A DNA stretch of 63,373 nt, filler included, from an uncultured bacterium (GTDB lineage: Bacteria; DAOPZR01), in assembly GCA_964637655.1 (NCBI GenBank). It is 3 parts of 3 records of this genome, joined end to end, with 100 filler letters (N's around TTAATTAATTAA, not from the genome) between each part and the next. Parts side by side here need not be neighbours in the genome. Positions count along the whole stretch, not along the records: positions 21,961 to 42,798 come from CAZWUZ010000026.1; 2 more parts are not named here. One strand, written 5' to 3'. A program made the translations under genes and the position numbers. The notes under the pieces are model-generated. The model was not told the origin of the DNA. It worked only from the letters and a program-made list of their open reading frames with translations, and made no database searches. Numbering within the stretch: position 1 is the stretch's first letter; each line of letters opens with the position of its first letter. Below, piece by piece: positions 28,969-37,140 of the stretch.

Positions 28969-29982
28969 ATGAGCGAAGGGAAGATGCGGCTGGCGGGCAA
29001 GACCAAGGCGGCGGTGCTGCTGGTCACGCTCGGGCCCGACCTGGCGGGGGAGATTCTCAAGCACCTCAACGAGCGGGAGATCGAGGACCTCACCCTGGAG
29101 ATCGCGCGCCTCGACAAGGTCGACGGCAACGTCAAGGACCAGGTGCTGGAAGAGTTCCACGAGATGCTCATGGCGCACGAGTTCATCACCCAGGGGGGCA
29201 TCGACTACGCGCGCTCGGTGCTGGAAAAGGCGATGGGCTCGTCGCGGGCGATGGACATCATCAACTCGCTCACCAAGTCGCTGCAGGTCAAGCCGTTCGA
29301 CTTCGTGCGCAAGGCGGACCCGGCCCACCTGCTCAACTTCATCCAGAACGAGTACCCGCAGACCATCGCGCTCATCCTCTCGTACCTCGACGCCAACCAG
29401 GCGGCGGCGATCATCCCCAAGCTGCCGGTGGAGATCCAGGCGGACGTGGCCAAGCGCATCGCGCAGATGGACCGCACCTCGCCCGACGTGCTGCGCGAGG
29501 TCGAGCGCGTGCTCGAGCGGAAACTCTCGGCGCTGGTCAGCGAGGAGTACACTTCGACGGGCGGCATCCAGGCGATCGTCGATATCCTCAACCAGGTGGA
29601 CCGCGGCACGGAGAAGTCGATCCTCGAAAACCTCGAGGAGGACGATCCGGGCCTGGCGGAGGAGATCAAGAAACGCATGTTCGTCTTCGAGGACATCACC
29701 CTGCTCGACGACCGCGCGGTGCAGCAGGTGCTGCGCGAGGTCGACACCAAGGAACTGGCCCTCGCGCTCAAGTCGGTCGAGGACCGCGTGCGCGACAAGG
29801 TCTTCAACAACATGTCCAAGCGCGCCGCGTCGATGCTGCAGGAGGACATGGAGTTCATGGGCCCGGTGCGGCTGCGCGACGTCGAGGACGCGCAGCAGCG
29901 CGTGGTCAACATCATCCGCCGCCTCGAAGAGGCGGGCGAAATCATCATCGCGCGCGGCGGCGAGGAGCAGCTCGTTGTCTGA
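28969..29982 (+). CDS. fliG: Motor switch protein FliG
   Basis: KAAVLL, GGIDYAR, PFDF, EYPQTIALIL, MFVFEDI, NMSKRAA, GPVRLRDVEDAQ. Confidence 0.97.
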   Translation: MSEGKMRLAGKTKAAVLLVTLGPDLAGEILKHLNEREIEDLTLEIARLDKVDGNVKDQVLEEFHEMLMAHEFITQGGIDYARSVLEKAMGSSRAMDIINSLTKSLQVKPFDFVRKADPAHLLNFIQNEYPQTIALILSYLDANQAAAIIPKLPVEIQADVAKRIAQMDRTSPDVLREVERVLERKLSALVSEEYTSTGGIQAIVDILNQVDRGTEKSILENLEEDDPGLAEEIKKRMFVFEDITLLDDRAVQQVLREVDTKELALALKSVEDRVRDKVFNNMSKRAASMLQEDMEFMGPVRLRDVEDAQQRVVNIIRRLEEAGEIIIARGGEEQLVV

Positions 29983-30985
29983 ACAGCGGGTGTTCAAACG
30001 CGCCGATGTGCTGCTCGAGCGCTGCATCGTCCTGACCGTGGCCGGGGCGGGCGCGGACGGCGGCGTGGCCGACGACCGGCTCGTGCGCGAGGAGCGCCTG
30101 GCGCGGCTCGAGGAGGAGACCGCGCGCGCCAAGGCGGAGATCGCGCGCGAGCGCGCCCGCCTGCGCACCGAGGCGGACACCCTGCGGCAGGAGACGGCGG
30201 CGCAGGCGCAGGCCGAGGCGCAGCGCCTGACGGCGGCGGCGCGCAGCGAGGCGGACGGCATCCGCGCGGCGGCGGAGCGGGCGGGACGCAGCGCGGGCGA
30301 GGCGGCGGGCAGGGCCGCGGTGCAGGCGCGCCTGCAGCAGTCGCTCGACGCGGTGGCGGCGGTGGTGGCGCAGGCGGAGACGGATCGTGCCGCGCTGCTG
30401 GCGGCGGCGGAGACGGATATCGTCAACCTGGCGGTGGAACTGGCGCGCAAGGTGGTGCGCGACGCCGTGGAACTCGACCGCGACGTCGCGGTGCGCAACC
30501 TGCGCGCCGCGCTCGACCGCGCGCGCGGGCAGGCGGTGACACGCGTCTATGTCAGCGCCGCGGATTTCGAACTGCTGCACGCGGAACTGGAAAGCCGGCT
30601 GGCGGATGTACAGGCCGCGGGTATCACCCTGACCGCCGACCCGGAACTCGAGGCGGGCGGGGCGCGGGTGGAGACGGATTACGGCAGCGTCGATGCGACG
30701 CTGGCGGGGCAGCTGCAGCAGCTGCAGCGGTCGCTGCTCGCCGCCGCAGCAGTGGCGGACTCCGTAGCCCCGCTGCAACCCGCGTCCGCCGTGCAGGCGG
30801 ATTCCGTTGCCCCGGGAGCAGGCGCGTCCGCCGTGCAGGCGGACTCCGTCACCCCGGGTGTAACCGCGTCCGCCGTACCGGCGGACTCCGTCACCCCGCT
30901 GCAACCCGAACCGCCCGTGACGGTATCGTCCATGACGGTATCGCCGGTGACGGCAGCAGAATCAGCGACGGTGCCGCGTGGCTGA
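29975..30985 (+). CDS. fliH: Flagellar assembly protein FliH with repetitive C-terminal tail
   Basis: Ala-rich coiled coil, LAVELARKVV, DPELEAGGARVETDYGSVDA; lies between fliG and fliI. Confidence 0.85.
   Translation: MSEQRVFKRADVLLERCIVLTVAGAGADGGVADDRLVREERLARLEEETARAKAEIARERARLRTEADTLRQETAAQAQAEAQRLTAAARSEADGIRAAAERAGRSAGEAAGRAAVQARLQQSLDAVAAVVAQAETDRAALLAAAETDIVNLAVELARKVVRDAVELDRDVAVRNLRAALDRARGQAVTRVYVSAADFELLHAELESRLADVQAAGITLTADPELEAGGARVETDYGSVDATLAGQLQQLQRSLLAAAAVADSVAPLQPASAVQADSVAPGAGASAVQADSVTPGVTASAVPADSVTPLQPEPPVTVSSMTVSPVTAAESATVPRG
30755..30909 (+). repeat. Four 42-bp tandem repeats in fliH 3' end
   Basis: Units start at 30755, 30797, 30839 and 30881 and encode ADSV(A/T)PxxxASAVx. 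Confidence 0.85.
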
Positions 30986-32285
30986 GCGAGGGCACCTGCA
31001 CGCGGCGCTCGACGCGGCGGAGAGCGTCCGCGTCAACGGGCGGGTCAAGGAGGTCATCGGCCTGGTGGTCGTGGCGCAGGGCCCGCCGGCTGCAGTCGGC
31101 GAACTCTGCCATATCCGCTGCACTGACGGCAGCGCGGTGCGCGCCGAGGTGGTCGGTTTCCGCGCCGGCGACGTGCTGCTCATGCCGCTCGATGATGTCG
31201 CCGGGCTGCGCCCCGGTCTGGCGGTCGAACCGACCGGCGGGCCGCTGCGCGTGCCGGTGGGGGAGGCGCTGCTCGGGCGGGTCATCGACGCCACGGGGCA
31301 TCCGCTCGACGGCCGCCCGCTGCCGCCCGGGCTGGGGACGCGCCCGGTGACCGCGGTGCCGCCGCCGGCGCTGTCGCGGCGGCGCATCACCCGCCCGCTC
31401 GGGCTGGGCATCCGTGCCATCGACGGGGTGCTCACCGTCGGGCGCGGGCAGCGCATCGGCGTTTTCTCGGGGAGCGGCGTCGGCAAGAGCACGGTGATGG
31501 GGATGGTCGCGCGCTATACCGAGGCGGAAGTCAACGTTATCGGCCTGGTGGGGGAGCGCGGGCGCGAGGTGCGCGAGTTTATCGAGCGCGACCTCGGCGA
31601 AGAGGGGCTCAAGCGCTCGGTGGTGGTGGTGGCGACGGGCGACCAGCGCCCGCTGCTGCGCCAGCGTGCGCTCTTCACCGCGACGACCATCGCCGAGTAT
31701 TTCCGCGACCGGTCGCGCGACGTGCTGCTCATGGTCGATTCCGTCACGCGCTTCGCCTACGCGCAGCGCGAGATCGGGCAGACCGTGGGGGAAAAAGTGG
31801 CGCAGAAGGGCTACCCGCCGTCGATGCCGGCGCTGCTGCAGGTGCTGCTCGAGCGCTCGGGGATGGCGGCGAAAGGGAGCATCACCGCGCTCTATACCAT
31901 CCTCGTCGATGCGGACGACATGAACGAGCCGGTGGCGGATACCGCGCGCGGCGTGCTCGACGGGCATATCGTCCTGTCGCGCGACCTGGCGCAGCGCGGG
32001 CACTACCCGGCTATCGACGTGCTGCAGAGCGTCAGCCGCTGCATGCCCGAGATCACGCCGCCGGCGCAGCAGGCGGCGGCGCGCAAACTGCAGGCGGCGC
32101 TCGCGGTCTACCGCGACGCGGAGGACCTGATCAATATCGGCGCCTACGTCAAGGGGAGCAACCCGGAGATCGACGACGCTATCGCCCGCTACGCGCCGAT
32201 CAACGCCTACCTGCGGCAGGGGGTCCGCGAGTCGGTCCCGCCGGCGGCGAGCGTCGCCGCGCTGCAGCAGCTGATGGGGGCCTGA
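30978..32285 (+). CDS. fliI: Flagellar export ATPase FliI
   Basis: GQRIGVFSGSGVGKST, GERGREVREF, DSVTRFA, LDGHIVLSR, HYPAIDVLQS. Confidence 0.96.
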   Translation: MAERGHLHAALDAAESVRVNGRVKEVIGLVVVAQGPPAAVGELCHIRCTDGSAVRAEVVGFRAGDVLLMPLDDVAGLRPGLAVEPTGGPLRVPVGEALLGRVIDATGHPLDGRPLPPGLGTRPVTAVPPPALSRRRITRPLGLGIRAIDGVLTVGRGQRIGVFSGSGVGKSTVMGMVARYTEAEVNVIGLVGERGREVREFIERDLGEEGLKRSVVVVATGDQRPLLRQRALFTATTIAEYFRDRSRDVLLMVDSVTRFAYAQREIGQTVGEKVAQKGYPPSMPALLQVLLERSGMAAKGSITALYTILVDADDMNEPVADTARGVLDGHIVLSRDLAQRGHYPAIDVLQSVSRCMPEITPPAQQAAARKLQAALAVYRDAEDLINIGAYVKGSNPEIDDAIARYAPINAYLRQGVRESVPPAASVAALQQLMGA

Positions 32286-32289
32286 GGCG

Positions 32290-32796
32290 ATGGCCCGGTT
32301 CGTCTTCAAACTCCAGCGCGTGCTCGACCTGCGCGCGCAGGAGGAGGAAGTCAAAAAGAACGAACTGGCGCTGGCGGAACGCGCCTGGCGCGACGAAGTG
32401 GCGCGTCTCGAGGAACTGCACCAGCGGCGTGCCGCGACCATGACCGCGCTGCTGGCGCCGGAAGTGCACGGCGATGTCGCCGCCCTGCTCGACGGGCAGC
32501 GCTATCTGGCGGTGCTGGCGGAGGATATCGCGCGGCAGCAGCAGCAGGTGGCGCAGGCGCGCGCGGCGGCGGACGCGAAGCGCGATGAACTGGTGGTCGC
32601 GTCGCAGAAGAAGCATGTACTGGAGAAACTGTGCGACCGGCGGCGGACGGAGTGGCGGCAGGCGGAGGAACGGGCGGAGCAGCGCTTCCTCGACGAGATG
32701 AACCTTACGGATGACGGGTGGGATCGCGCGGCGAAGGAAACGGCCGCGGCGGCAACTGCGGAAGCGGGCGCAGTCTGGCGGCAGGGGTCGGCATGA
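32290..32796 (+). CDS. fliJ: Flagellar export protein FliJ
   Basis: [12 protein letters not shown]...LEKL...EQRFLDE. Confidence 0.9.
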   Translation: MARFVFKLQRVLDLRAQEEEVKKNELALAERAWRDEVARLEELHQRRAATMTALLAPEVHGDVAALLDGQRYLAVLAEDIARQQQQVAQARAAADAKRDELVVASQKKHVLEKLCDRRRTEWRQAEERAEQRFLDEMNLTDDGWDRAAKETAAAATAEAGAVWRQGSA

Positions 32797-33365
32797 ACAG
32801 CGGCATCGAACGCGTCTTTGCGCGGGTGCAGGAACTGTCGGCACGGTTCGGCCTCAAGCCGGTGCTGCCGGGCGGGGAAGAAACACCGGCCCCGGCCCCG
32901 GCCCCGGCGGCCGGGAACTTTGCCGGCGCACTGAACGCGACGGCACCGGCCGCACCGGCAACGACGACTGCCGCCCCGGCGGCGCCGGCGGTCGAACAGG
33001 CGGTGGCGCAGGCGGCGACCCGCTATAACCTCGATCCGAACCTGATCCGCGCGGTGATCGAGGCGGAATCGGGAGGCAACCCGGCGGCGACGTCGCCGGC
33101 GGGGGCGATGGGGCTGATGCAGCTGATGCCGGGCACGGCCTCGTCGCTCGGGGTGAGCAACCCCTACGATGTGACGGAGAATATCGACGGCGGCAGCCGC
33201 TACCTGGCGCAGATGCTCGGGCAGTTCGGCAGCACGGCGCAGGCACTGGCCGCCTACAATGCGGGTCCGGGAGCGGTACAGCGGCATCGCGGCATCCCCC
33301 CGTACGCGGAGACGCAGAACTACGTGGCGAAGATCATGCGCCGCCTGGAGGAACCACGTGAATAA
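32793..33365 (+). CDS. SLT-family lytic transglycosylase
   Basis: [41 protein letters not shown]. Start ATG overlaps the fliJ stop. Confidence 0.9.
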   Translation: MNSGIERVFARVQELSARFGLKPVLPGGEETPAPAPAPAAGNFAGALNATAPAAPATTTAAPAAPAVEQAVAQAATRYNLDPNLIRAVIEAESGGNPAATSPAGAMGLMQLMPGTASSLGVSNPYDVTENIDGGSRYLAQMLGQFGSTAQALAAYNAGPGAVQRHRGIPPYAETQNYVAKIMRRLEEPRE

Positions 33366-33948
33366 GCAGGTGCTGGGGGCGCTGCTGCTGCTGGCAGCCG
33401 CGGCCGGGACGTTCATCTACGTCCTCGACCATATCCGGGTTATCGATGCCCGCGCGCTGGCGGCCCCGACGCTCAAGCGCATCCCCTATGTGCGCGAGTG
33501 GGTTTTCCCCCCGGCCATCCCGGCGGACGAACTCGCACGTGAGGAAATGGCCAACCAGCGGGCCGGACTGCAGGCGCAGGACGGCGACCTGGACGAGACG
33601 GAGCAGACGCTCAGCGCGCGCGCGGCGGAACTCGAACAGCTGGAGCAGTCGGTCAAGGCGGCGCAGGCGCAGGTGCAGCTGCAGCAGGACGAGATCCGCC
33701 AGCAGCAGGAGCAGCTGCAGAGCGATGAGCAGCGCTACAAGAAGCTGGCGGAACTGCTGGGGAACATGCAGCCGCAGGCGGCGGCGCGCATCCTCGCGGC
33801 GACCGATACCGTGACCGACGAACCGCTGGTGGAGGACGAGACGGTCATTGCCGTGCTGCTGCGCATGGAGAACAGCGCGGCGGCCATTATCATGCAGTTT
33901 ATGCCGGCAGAGCGGGCGAGTGCGTTAGTGCGCAAACTGGGCCGGTAG
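33358..33948 (+). CDS. YlxF/FlbB/MotE-like flagellar protein (TM + coiled coil + MgtE-N-like domain)
   Basis: GTG start; N-terminal TM, coiled coil, [18 protein letters not shown]...MPAERAS; lies between fliJ and fliK. Confidence 0.8.
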   Translation: MNKQVLGALLLLAAAAGTFIYVLDHIRVIDARALAAPTLKRIPYVREWVFPPAIPADELAREEMANQRAGLQAQDGDLDETEQTLSARAAELEQLEQSVKAAQAQVQLQQDEIRQQQEQLQSDEQRYKKLAELLGNMQPQAAARILAATDTVTDEPLVEDETVIAVLLRMENSAAAIIMQFMPAERASALVRKLGR

Positions 33949-33980
33949 CGGCAATTCTGCGGGATTTTTGCTCCCGGCGG

Positions 33981-34008
33981 TCAAGTTGACGGCGGGGGGA
34001 GACGATAA
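33981..34008 (+). promoter_or_regulatory. Second sigma28-type promoter, upstream of fliK
   Basis: TCAA-N16-GACGATAA; same TCAAGTT start and spacing as the flgB promoter. Confidence 0.65.
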
Positions 34009-34092
34009 TTGAGGTAACGAAAACCGGAAAAGGAGGTGGCCTCACCCCAGTTGTTTTACAACTGAGCAGCATACAGAGGAGGTGATCGCAGC

Positions 34093-35919
34093 ATGAACGC
34101 AGCAGCAGCAGTCACAGCACAGACACAGTCACCGCCTTCTCTCGACAGCAGTGGTGCCGCGCGGGTCAGATCCCTGTTGCCGCCTTCCGGCGGGCAGGAG
34201 TTTTTCCTGATGTTGACCAACGCGCAAACCACGCAGCGGGAACCTGAACTTCCCGCCCCGCTCCCCCCGCCCGAGTACCGGGCGGACGCAGCGCCGCCGG
34301 CCGCAACGCCGGAGGCACCGCGCCCGGAAGCGCCACCGGCTGATTCCGCGTATGCGGAATGGCAGGCGGAGCAGCCGGCAGAGGAGACGGTGGCAGCAGA
34401 ACCGGCGGAACGCCCGGCAGCCGACGCGCAGGCGGCGGCAGCGGACGCGACACCGGCACGCAGGGAAGAGACGGGGACGGCGGTCGACGGTCGGACCGGT
34501 CCGCAGCGGCAGGAAGCAGCCGCAGCGGCGGAGACCGGAGAGAAGCGCGCGGCGGCAGCCGCTGAGACGGGCAGGCGGACGGCAACGTCCGCGGGCACGG
34601 CAGCGGCAGCCGGCGAAACGGCCATGGCGCAGGCACAGCGTCAGGACCGGGCGCGGGAAGTGAAACGGGACGCCCGTACGGGGAGTCCGGAACCGGGGCA
34701 GCAGGCAGCGCGACGGGCGCGGCCGGAAGCGTCGACGCAGACGCCGAAGGCAGCGGACGCAGCGGTGCAGCAGCCGCAGGTGGTGGACCGGACCAGTGGG
34801 CAGCCGGCGGCGGCAGTGCCGGCGGCAGCGGGAAAGTTCCGGGACCATTCCCCCATCGTTCACCAGCAGGCGAAACGTCCCGCCGCGGAAATGCGGCCGA
34901 CAGCGGTCGGCCCGGCGGCGGCACCCGTCGTTACGCAGCAGGCGTCACTGGCGCAGCAGGTCGCGGTGCAGCAGGCCGCGTCACGGCTGGCTGAGGGGAC
35001 CGCGGCGGCGGCGACGCGCACGGCAACGCGGTCACGCGCGGCGGCACCGGCACAGCCGGCGGTGGCAGCGTTCCTGGCGGCCGCACCGCAGTCCACCCGC
35101 CATCTGCAGCGCGGGCAGGCGGCCGCAGCCACAACCGCCGCCGCGGAACGCGGCGCGCGCGGCCGTACGACACAGGAGCAGGCACCGCGGGTCGAGGTTA
35201 TCGACCGGCGTCCCGCGGCGGCACCCGTGACGGCGCTGCCGGCAGCGTCGGCACCGTCACCGGTGGCGACAATCGCGGCCCCGGCCATGCCGGTACCGCT
35301 GCCGCTCTTCACGGCGCAGCTGGCCGTGCAGGCGACGCAGGTGCAGGCGGCACGCACGGCGGCGAAGGCGGTTGACGCGGCGAGCGGGCCGAAAGCGGCG
35401 TCGGCGAAGAGCGCTGACAGCGCCATGGCCCAGGCGACGGAAACGGCGCGCAGCGAAACGGCGCCGGCCCGGCAGCCGCAGCCGGTCATCGCGGCGACCC
35501 GGGCCGAACTGACGCGGGTCATCAGCGAGGTGGTGCGCGACGCGCGGGTGACGCTCAGCGAAGGACGCACCGAGGTGCAGTTGCAGCTCAAGCCGGAAGC
35601 GCTCGGGCGGCTGCAGTTGAAACTCGAATTTGCCGGCGACACGCTCAGCGGCCGCATCATCACCGAGACGCAGGCGGCGAAGCAGGCGGTGGAACAGCAG
35701 CTCGACGGCCTGCTGAAGCAGTTTGCCGGGCAGGGGCTGCAGGTGACCGCGTTCAGCGTCGAAGTCGGGCAGCAGTTCACGCCGCAGGCAGAGGATGCGC
35801 CGGCGGACGGCAGCGGCCGGACGCAACCGCAGCACGCGGCTGACGACAGCGGGATGAGCGAACAGGTCGCCCCGCGGCTGCAGCGGCGGTATGACGGACA
35901 GGTCGAATACCTGGTCTAA
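34093..35919 (+). CDS. fliK: Hook-length control protein FliK
   Basis: Long Ala/Pro/Gln-rich linker and C-terminal LQLKPEALGRL...QLDGL..F..QGLQV domain; RBS GAGGAGG. Confidence 0.88.
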   Translation: MNAAAAVTAQTQSPPSLDSSGAARVRSLLPPSGGQEFFLMLTNAQTTQREPELPAPLPPPEYRADAAPPAATPEAPRPEAPPADSAYAEWQAEQPAEETVAAEPAERPAADAQAAAADATPARREETGTAVDGRTGPQRQEAAAAAETGEKRAAAAAETGRRTATSAGTAAAAGETAMAQAQRQDRAREVKRDARTGSPEPGQQAARRARPEASTQTPKAADAAVQQPQVVDRTSGQPAAAVPAAAGKFRDHSPIVHQQAKRPAAEMRPTAVGPAAAPVVTQQASLAQQVAVQQAASRLAEGTAAAATRTATRSRAAAPAQPAVAAFLAAAPQSTRHLQRGQAAAATTAAAERGARGRTTQEQAPRVEVIDRRPAAAPVTALPAASAPSPVATIAAPAMPVPLPLFTAQLAVQATQVQAARTAAKAVDAASGPKAASAKSADSAMAQATETARSETAPARQPQPVIAATRAELTRVISEVVRDARVTLSEGRTEVQLQLKPEALGRLQLKLEFAGDTLSGRIITETQAAKQAVEQQLDGLLKQFAGQGLQVTAFSVEVGQQFTPQAEDAPADGSGRTQPQHAADDSGMSEQVAPRLQRRYDGQVEYLV

Positions 35920-35935
35920 GGGGGAGGCAACGCAC

Positions 35936-36385
35936 ATGGAAATCGCGGATCTGCTGAATAACGGCAGCACGACGGCGAATAACAATCTGTCGGTGAGCGA
36001 GATGGCGCGCGAGGACGGGGCGCTGGGGAAGGACTCCTTCCTCGAACTCCTCGTCACGGAACTCAAGTACCAGGACCCGCTCAACCCGATGGACAACAAG
36101 GAGTCGATCGCCCAGCTGGCGCAGTTCTCGGCGCTCGAACAGATGCAGAACCTGAACAAGTCGTTTGAGGAGTTCAGCGCCCTGTTCGGGGCGGGGGCGG
36201 GCCGGGCGCAGTCGCTCAACGTCCTCGGCATGAAGGCGACGGGCCTGGACAGCACCGGGCAGCTCGCCAGCGGCATCGTCAGCAAGGTCAGTTTCGCTGA
36301 CGGGGAAACGCTGGTGACGCTCAAGGGGGGGCAGACGCTCGACTTCACGACGCTGATCAGCGTCGAGGTGCCGGGCAATGCCTAG
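35936..36385 (+). CDS. flgD: Hook capping protein FlgD
   Basis: LGKDSFLELLVTELKYQDPLNPMDNKESIAQLAQFSALEQM. Confidence 0.95.
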   Translation: MEIADLLNNGSTTANNNLSVSEMAREDGALGKDSFLELLVTELKYQDPLNPMDNKESIAQLAQFSALEQMQNLNKSFEEFSALFGAGAGRAQSLNVLGMKATGLDSTGQLASGIVSKVSFADGETLVTLKGGQTLDFTTLISVEVPGNA

Positions 36386-36779
36386 TCCGTACCCGCCGCC
36401 GGTGACCCCGCTCACCGCGCTGCGGCCGCTCGCCCCGGTATCCGGGGCGCCGCTGCCGCCGCCGGTCGCGGCCCCGGTCAGCGGCCCGTCCTTCGCCGAC
36501 CGCCTGCAGCAGGCGCTGGACGCGCCGGCGCTGCAGTTCGCGGGGCATGCGCGGACGCGGTTGCAGTCGCGCGGCCGGGGACAGACCCCCGAGCGCCTGC
36601 AGCGGCTGACGCAGGGGATCGAGCAGGCGGCGGCGAAGGGGGCGAAATCGTCACTGGTGCTGCTCGACAACGTCGCCATGGTCGTTTCGGTGCGCAACCG
36701 CACGGTGATTACGGCGATGGATGCGACGCAGTTGAAGGAAAACGTTTTCACCAATATCGACAGCGCGGTGATCGCGTAG
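36378..36779 (+). CDS. Flagellar operon protein (TIGR02530-like)
   Basis: LQFAGHA..RL..RG...AAAKGAKSSLVL...SVRNRTVITAMD....KENVFTNIDSAVI. Confidence 0.9.
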   Translation: MPSPYPPPVTPLTALRPLAPVSGAPLPPPVAAPVSGPSFADRLQQALDAPALQFAGHARTRLQSRGRGQTPERLQRLTQGIEQAAAKGAKSSLVLLDNVAMVVSVRNRTVITAMDATQLKENVFTNIDSAVIA

Positions 36780-37140
36780 CGGGAGCGCCTGTCGCGGAGA
36801 ACGGCAGTCAGCAGTACCGGCAGCAGCGCCGCAGTCCCGGCCGCGTGGCGGCAGGGACCGGCGGGTTCACGGCGCGGCCGGACTACAGGAGGTGACGCGA
36901 AGCGGAACGGGAGCACACGGAGACAGATGCAGCACGCCGGGCGCCGGATGGAGCGCGCGGCAGACGGGGCTGGACGGCAGCATGCCCGGAAGGGGTGATG
37001 CGGCCGGGGCCTCTCGTCAACGGTGGACCGGAACGGTTCGCCACAGGATACGCGGACGCAGTACGACGCAGCAGACGCGGCACGGCGCACGGCGGGTTTC
37101 CCGCCAAACGCCAGCCAACCCGACGAGGAGGTACACGACG

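Noticed and set aside
27238-32441. Very long antisense ORFs (1086 aa, 516 aa) and many similar shadow ORFs across the window
   Set aside because: Expected opposite high-GC genes with strong codon bias; no recognisable motifs, and they fully overlap well-identified genes.
36780-37140. 360-bp GC-rich gap before flgE and the ORF-track N-terminal extension of FlgE from 36892
   Set aside because: The real start is ATG 37141 with a strong RBS. I could not identify a promoter, riboswitch or credible small ORF in the gap.
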